This document shows, piece by piece, positions 58,522 to 64,000 of a DNA stretch of 64,000 nt; position 1 is the stretch's first letter; each line of letters opens with the position of its first letter. The notes under the pieces are model-generated. The model was given only the letters and a program-made list of their open reading frames with translations. It searched no databases and had not been told where the DNA came from. Source of the DNA: Candidatus Undinarchaeales archaeon (lineage in GTDB: Archaea; SpSt-1190; JASMDC01); the NCBI GenBank assembly GCA_030753015.1, contig JASMDC010000007.1, positions 1 through 64,000 on the forward strand. The letters run 5' to 3'. Position numbers and translations under genes: made by a program.

Positions 58522-59706
58522 TTACTCGGTGTCCTCGAGCAGGTCGGCTGCCGCCTCGAGGTTGAGCACCTTGTACTCCTGGAGACCGTGGTAGTAGGTG
58601 TTGTGGCTAGCGTCGTCGGCCGAGGCGATGAGCGCGTCCTTGATCTCGTCGTTGGACAGGTCGCTGTACTTGGATTTGACGGCCGCAACGGCACCCACCA
58701 CGAACGGGCAGGCCATGGACGTGCCGTCCCATGTTGCGTACCTGTCCCCGGGGATCGAGGAGAGGACCCGCGCACCGGGTGCCGAGATGTCGAACCCGAG
58801 GTTTGTGAAGTACGCCAGCTTGTCGTTGTACTTGCTCATGGCGCCTACAGCGAAGACGTCCGGCCCCGACGCGGGAGCGGACCTGCTGCGGCCGGAGGCC
58901 GGGTCGGCGGCCTGGCCGTCGTTGCCGGCAGCCGCCACGAGGAACACGCCCGAGTCGTACGCACGCGAGCAGGCCTCGTTGAGTATGCGGTCGCCTTCCT
59001 CCTTGGAGTATCCCTCGCGTTCCTCGTCGGTGTCCAGACCGAAGGACATGTTCACCACGTCCATACCGTCCTGTACTATGGTGTCCAGGCCGCGGAGGAT
59101 GTCCGAGATGCGGTTGGCGCCATGCGACATATGGAGCTTGTAGCCGTACAGCTCCACCTTGGGAGCGACGGTCTTGACGATCCCGCCGCAGTGGGTGCCG
59201 TGACCGTGGTCATCGTACGGATCGGGCTTGCCGTAGGGCAGGTCGGTGAACCCGGCGTAGTTGTCCTTGAGGTACTCGTGGTCCGCGTCGATGCCGGTGT
59301 CGAAGATGGCGACCTTGACACCAGCGCCGTCCAGACCCTTGGTGTTGGCCTGGGCCGAGCGCACCCGGAGGTAACCCCAGTCGTTGGGGACGTCGCGTGC
59401 CTCGGGCTGATCGCCGGTGTCGTACGGATCAGGGGAGATGCTGCCGGGGCCGTGTGTTCCCTTGTTGTACGGACCGCGGGTCTCGTCGGAGATGGTCACC
59501 TCATGGTCCTCGGCGTAGTCCGAGACCACACCCACCAGCTGCAGCGTGGCCAGCTCCCGCGCGTCAGCTCCGGTCACTATCGCAGCGCCCAGACCGGCGT
59601 AGGACTCTTCCACCTGTATGCCGTAGGACTCGAGCTCCTCGGTGGCGTTGCCGCCGTAGGACCTGTCGAAGAAAACGATCGTACGCTCACTGCTCTCAAT
59701 ATCCAT
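58522..59706 (-). CDS. S8 subtilase paralog (no signal peptide)
   Basis: IFDTG, HGTHCGG, AAGN, GTSMACP. Confidence 0.92.
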   Translation of the reverse strand: MDIESSERTIVFFDRSYGGNATEELESYGIQVEESYAGLGAAIVTGADARELATLQLVGVVSDYAEDHEVTISDETRGPYNKGTHGPGSISPDPYDTGDQPEARDVPNDWGYLRVRSAQANTKGLDGAGVKVAIFDTGIDADHEYLKDNYAGFTDLPYGKPDPYDDHGHGTHCGGIVKTVAPKVELYGYKLHMSHGANRISDILRGLDTIVQDGMDVVNMSFGLDTDEEREGYSKEEGDRILNEACSRAYDSGVFLVAAAGNDGQAADPASGRSRSAPASGPDVFAVGAMSKYNDKLAYFTNLGFDISAPGARVLSSIPGDRYATWDGTSMACPFVVGAVAAVKSKYSDLSNDEIKDALIASADDASHNTYYHGLQEYKVLNLEAAADLLEDTE

Positions 59707-59829
59707 CCCGTACACCCATGGGGACCACTGTCCCCTCAAGTGATATCTAGCGGGGTCGCCGGAATATAAACCTTCGGTCTTCGGCAAGTGGAGGACTCGC
59801 GGCCGGACCGGTCGCGAGGCAAAACTTCA

Positions 59830-60352
59830 GTGAACTACCCCTCCCTAAGTCGAGGGGCTTCCCGCTTCGACGCTGTTCCCATCTCCACGGGCGCATCGGG
59901 TGGTCCCCACCCTGATCGATCCTGAATGTAGATCGCAGCGTTCAGGTCGCAGTTTATCGTCAGCCTGAGGGTGATCCGGCCCAGACCATCGATGGAAACG
60001 TTCAGATTTCCTTCCGTTATCAGACCGGGTCGAGGCATCTGCACATCCACGTGCACGAAGACCTCCCTCAGAGCGCACCGTGCTATGAGCATCCATCACC
60101 CTGCCCCTGGAAAACCATGACCCCGACCGATCAGCCAGCATTCTCACCTTTGCTAAACGTTGGCCGGATTTAGGTCTCCAGGACGCGACTGTTATCGCTT
60201 CTGTTCAATGATCGTCCTTGGTGGTCACCCCTAATAGGTATTAGGCCGTTCATCATTATATCCCAAAGGGAGGTGGCGTGCCGGTACTCGTCCGGAAAGT
60301 AACTTTCGGCTCCATCCCCTCCCTACCGGAAGGGGACTTCCCGCTGAAAACG
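59830..60352 (-). mobile_element. Non-autonomous IS200/IS605 (IS1341-like) element
   Basis: Minus strand: TTTAT|left-end hairpin GAAGTCCCCTTCCGGTAGGGAGGGG ... right-end hairpin GAAGCCCCTCGACTTAGGGAGGGGTAGTTCAC. Confidence 0.8.
59835..60010 (-). pseudogene. tnpB: Decayed tnpB 3' end
   Basis: LTINCDLNAAIYI...PVE...KREAP resembles TnpB DRDxNAAxNI...EAP; SERFHRW in another frame. Confidence 0.7.
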
Positions 60353-60393
60353 ATAAAGAGTTAAATCGTCAGAACATAATCTCGCTCCTACGC

Positions 60394-61203
60394 ATGGCTC
60401 CATACCACTGCTTCCCCGGCAAGGACCCGCGCATCGTGTACGAGGAGCTGCTCGACGCCACCATGATCGTGGACTGCCACACACACCTGGGGGAGGACAA
60501 GGACGGCATGCATCAGGCGATACCGGAGCTCGTCCGCGTCATGAACAAGCACAAGGTCGACCGAGCGGTGGCGTTCCCGTTCAACATGCCGGGGCCGGGA
60601 CGGGGCTTCCACAAGGCCAACGGGATCATCGCTAAGGCCTACGAATCACACAAGGACCGCCTCATCCCCTTCATGCGCCTCGACCCCCACTCTCCGGCGT
60701 GCATGAAAGAGATGCAGGAACGACTGGACCAGGGATTCCGCGGGATAAAGCTCCATCCACGGGCCCAGAGCTTCTCCATCGATGAGGAGATCGCGTTCAA
60801 CATCTACGATGCCGCCCAGGACAACGACATCCCCATCATCATCCATACCGGGCTCATGCGCCGCATGAAGATCGGTGATGCCCTCACGAACATCATAAAG
60901 GAGTTCCCCAAGCTCAAGATCATCCTCGCCCACGGGGCCTACGTGGACATCGTCCGCGTGGTGTACTCGCTCAAGGGGGCCCACAACATCCTCTTCGACA
61001 CCTCGGTGGCCCCCATCTACGATATCTATGAGCTCATCTATACGGTGGGTCCCGACCGGGTGGTGTACGGCTCCGACACGCCGTACGGGCACATGGCCTC
61101 GGCGCTGGAGGCGGTGGTGGACATCGCCCTCTCGCTCCACCTGCCCAAGGAGAAGATCGATATGATCCTGGGCCAGAACATACTCGAGTGGGTGGGACCA
61201 TGA
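60394..61203 (+). CDS. Amidohydrolase_2 family metal-dependent hydrolase
   Basis: DCHTH, GIKLHP, IHTG, LAHG, DTS, YGSD.PY. Confidence 0.9.
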   Translation: MAPYHCFPGKDPRIVYEELLDATMIVDCHTHLGEDKDGMHQAIPELVRVMNKHKVDRAVAFPFNMPGPGRGFHKANGIIAKAYESHKDRLIPFMRLDPHSPACMKEMQERLDQGFRGIKLHPRAQSFSIDEEIAFNIYDAAQDNDIPIIIHTGLMRRMKIGDALTNIIKEFPKLKIILAHGAYVDIVRVVYSLKGAHNILFDTSVAPIYDIYELIYTVGPDRVVYGSDTPYGHMASALEAVVDIALSLHLPKEKIDMILGQNILEWVGP

Positions 61204-61772
61204 GCCCCGAGGAGGAAGTGTTCGGGGGGTTCTCGAAAAAGTCGCTGGACCGCATCCGCTCGAGCATGCACCCCGAGGAGGTGCGCGTGGTGGACAGCGT
61301 CATCTTCGTGCGCAAGCTGGGTTCGGAGTACCCTCACATGGCCGACGATGAGGTCGAGGCTCTTTTGGACCGCTCCTGCCACGAGGGTATCGACATCGAC
61401 GCCGTGGTCGTCCTCACCGACGACAAGGAGTACAACCTGGTGCTCCCCCGCCGTATCCAGGTGATAAAGTACATGCGCATCCTCGACAGGCTCAGCTGGA
61501 TCTTCATCCTCCTCAAGATCATCCGCGACCTGGAAGGCGATTCCCGGCGAGCGGCCATGCGCAAGGTGCGCCACACCATCAGCCTAATCCTGACCCTCCT
61601 GGAGGTAGAGATCGAGCTCAACATCAACGAGCGTCCCCACCTCTATGATATAAGGGCGTTCATGGAGAAGATGACAGAGGCCCTCGACCACGGGAACTCC
61701 GGAAAGGCATGGACCAACCTACAGGTGGCCATCAATATCGCATCCATACGACTGCTCAAGCAGGTCAAGTAA
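61200..61772 (+). CDS. Hypothetical protein
   Basis: ATGA-coupled to amidohydrolase. Confidence 0.7.
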   Translation: MSPEEEVFGGFSKKSLDRIRSSMHPEEVRVVDSVIFVRKLGSEYPHMADDEVEALLDRSCHEGIDIDAVVVLTDDKEYNLVLPRRIQVIKYMRILDRLSWIFILLKIIRDLEGDSRRAAMRKVRHTISLILTLLEVEIELNINERPHLYDIRAFMEKMTEALDHGNSGKAWTNLQVAINIASIRLLKQVK

Positions 61773-61831
61773 GGCGCAAGTGGTCGCGAGCCACATTTCT
61801 ATATAAAGGATTAAGTCAATCTTTTGACACC

Positions 61832-62905
61832 ATGGTTAAGGGACGTTTCGCCATTGGCAAGTTTGCCATCGAAGCGGGCGTGACCTCGGGAAGGATATTC
61901 GTCGAGTCCGTGCGAGAGATCTGGGACTCATTCCCGAAGTTCATTATAAACCTGCTCATAGCGTTCATCGTGTGGACGGTCGGTGGTTACCTCTTCCTGA
62001 AGTTCGCTCCGTTCCAGGTCTTCTACGGGGTATCTGCCTTCCAGACGATCGGTGCGATCCTGCTGGTGGTCATCTGTATCCTGCTCTCCAAGGCGCTGTC
62101 GGAGATCCGCGATATGGCGGAGGCCGCATCGGGACTGCTAACGGTGGTGACAGCTGACGAGGAGTTCGAGCGCAAGCTGCGCAACTACAACTTCTATCTG
62201 CGCACACTGTGCCTCTTGACGTTCCTGGCGATCTTCACGTTCTTCATCCTGACCCTCGGCCAGGGTGAGGGAGAGGAGCTCGGCCTGTTCTCCGGGCTCG
62301 CCCTTGTGTTCCTGGTGATCATCATCCTGGTGCACACCTTCGTTCCCGCCGATACCATCAACAAGATCGGTGGCGTCGTCTACGGGCCCATGGACACATT
62401 CAGTCAGCAGCAACAGATCATCGCGGTCGTCGCGTTCGTCGGCCTGGCGCTGGTGGTCGTGGGGATGTTCTACTCCTTCGCCGCCAACGTGGTCACGGAC
62501 AAGGACTGTGTACCCGGTATCACGACGGATATCTCGAAGCTCGCCCCGGAAGACGTGGACAAAGCGTGCGGTGTCGATGAGTTCTGCTACGCCAAGGACC
62601 GCAAGTGCCGTAGGAAGGTGTCCGGCGAGCGCCTGGTGTTCTCGACATTCGGGTTCTCGCTGTTCATGCTGCTGGCAGCATTGTTCGTGGACCGCATCGT
62701 CACCAATCTGGCCGACGAGATCAGCCGGCACACCGAGATCCCCGACGTCCTCCAGGAAGAGGAGGAGGGGAGTGGTGGCACTGACGAGATCGCAGACTAC
62801 ATCTCTAAGTGCAAGGCCCAGGGGATGCCCATGGACAAGATCCGGTCGTCCCTCCTGGAAGCGGGCTTCACCGAGGCCAACGTCGCCAAGTACTTCCCGA
62901 AGTAG
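61832..62905 (+). CDS. Multi-pass membrane protein with C-terminal small helical domain
   Basis: ~6 TMs, Cys-rich loop, IADYISKCKAQG..MDKIRSSLLEAGF. Confidence 0.75.
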   Translation: MVKGRFAIGKFAIEAGVTSGRIFVESVREIWDSFPKFIINLLIAFIVWTVGGYLFLKFAPFQVFYGVSAFQTIGAILLVVICILLSKALSEIRDMAEAASGLLTVVTADEEFERKLRNYNFYLRTLCLLTFLAIFTFFILTLGQGEGEELGLFSGLALVFLVIIILVHTFVPADTINKIGGVVYGPMDTFSQQQQIIAVVAFVGLALVVVGMFYSFAANVVTDKDCVPGITTDISKLAPEDVDKACGVDEFCYAKDRKCRRKVSGERLVFSTFGFSLFMLLAALFVDRIVTNLADEISRHTEIPDVLQEEEEGSGGTDEIADYISKCKAQGMPMDKIRSSLLEAGFTEANVAKYFPK

Positions 62906-62979
62906 GCATATGGAACGCGGCCCTCGTCATGGGGGCCGCTTCTAACTTTTTTCTGAGCAGTCTCAGTTCCAGGCAGCGC

Positions 62980-64000
62980 TCAGGCATCCTTCACGAACGT
63001 CAGGACCTCGGCGCACACGCGCTCGATCTCCTTTGCAGTATGGACGGCCGACATGGGGAGCGAGAGAATTTCCTTCGCGAACCCCTCGGTCACGGGGAAG
63101 GAGCCCGGGACCTCCAGGCAGGGCTGGCGGTGGAGTGGGACGGGATAGTGGATGCCGCAGGAGATGCCGCGCCCCTCGAGGTGTGCCCGCAGGGCGTCAC
63201 GGTCGGGATGCCTGATAACATATAGGTGGTAAACGTGAGTGCCCCAGTGCACCCGGGGTGTCACCACTGCATCGCCGAGCAGCTTGTCGTAGAGCGCGGC
63301 GTTCTTCCGGCGGGCATCGTTGAAACCGTCCAGCATCCGTAGCTGGACGCGGGCTATGGCGGCGTACATCTCGCACAGCTTGGCGTTGTATCCCAGGACC
63401 TCAGCGGTCCCCGTACCCGCGTTGGCACCGTACGCACGGAGCAGGCGCACCTTCTCGGCGAGCCCATCGTCGTCGGTGACGAACATGCCGCCCTCGCCGG
63501 CGACCGTCATGTTCTTGGAGGGATAGAACGAGAAGCAGCCCGCGTCAGCGAGCGAGCCGGTGCGAGCGCCCTTGTAGGTGGCGCCGTGCGACTGGCAGGC
63601 GTCCTCGAGCAGGAACAGCCCGTGCCGCTCGGCGACCTCGCGGACGGGGTTCATGTCGCAGGTGTGGCCGTAGAGGTGGACCGGGATGATCGCCTGGGTC
63701 CGGGGAGTGATGGCCGCCTCCAACTTGGAGGGATCCATGGTATAGCTCCTGTCCACGTCCACGAGACGGATCGACGCACCACAGTACGAGATGGCCAGGG
63801 CCGTGGAGATGAATGTGTTGGGGACGGTGATGACCTCGTCACCCGGGCCGATACCCGCGGCCTTGAGGGCCAGGTGGAGCGCGTCGGTGCCCGAGGAGAT
63901 GCCGACGGCGTTATCGACGCCCATGTAGGCGGCGAACTCCTTCTCGAGCGCGGCGAGCTCGTCACCCAGCACGAACCGTCCACTGTCCAGCACGCGGCAT
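62980..64000 (-). CDS. DegT/DnrJ/EryC1/StrS aminotransferase (5' partial)
   Basis: SGTDAL, PVHLYG, EDACQSHG, SFYPSKNM. Confidence 0.93.
   Translation of the reverse strand, partial: CRVLDSGRFVLGDELAALEKEFAAYMGVDNAVGISSGTDALHLALKAAGIGPGDEVITVPNTFISTALAISYCGASIRLVDVDRSYTMDPSKLEAAITPRTQAIIPVHLYGHTCDMNPVREVAERHGLFLLEDACQSHGATYKGARTGSLADAGCFSFYPSKNMTVAGEGGMFVTDDDGLAEKVRLLRAYGANAGTGTAEVLGYNAKLCEMYAAIARVQLRMLDGFNDARRKNAALYDKLLGDAVVTPRVHWGTHVYHLYVIRHPDRDALRAHLEGRGISCGIHYPVPLHRQPCLEVPGSFPVTEGFAKEILSLPMSAVHTAKEIERVCAEVLTFVKDA

Noticed and set aside
1-64000. tRNA, rRNA, CRISPR arrays, integrases
   Set aside because: No T-loop/cloverleaf, rRNA signature, repeat-spacer array or recombinase motif seen by eye.

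Overview
GC-rich archaeal chromosomal segment. Evidence for archaea: TATA/BRE promoters, many leaderless starts, Trm11-RNase Z-PAC2-DUF63 cluster, TrmB, and the iRadA-arCOG07300-PolB2 cassette. Some Cys-rich surface proteins and C-terminal motifs look DPANN-like, but the lineage cannot be fixed from this window. About 60 CDSs, including three TldD metalloproteases (two tandem paralogs with a ~100-aa insertion, no PmbA partner), two tandem subtilases, PepT, a GDH homolog lacking its catalytic Lys, two ABC exporter operons (one with a permease-PrsW fusion), a DUF2178/XRE cluster and metal transporters. The non-coding signals are the most interesting part: (i) three tandem ~170-bp units just after PolB2, each a TATA promoter plus a conserved two-hairpin RNA scaffold with a variable loop and an invariant GCTGCCACC; (ii) a ~295-nt highly base-paired candidate ncRNA with its own promoter at 47.4-47.7 kb; (iii) a 523-bp non-autonomous IS200/IS605 element retaining both ends and a decayed tnpB 3' end (omegaRNA region); (iv) two operator arrays with ~21-bp spacing. 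No tRNA, rRNA or CRISPR array was seen. All calls were made by eye, without database searches.
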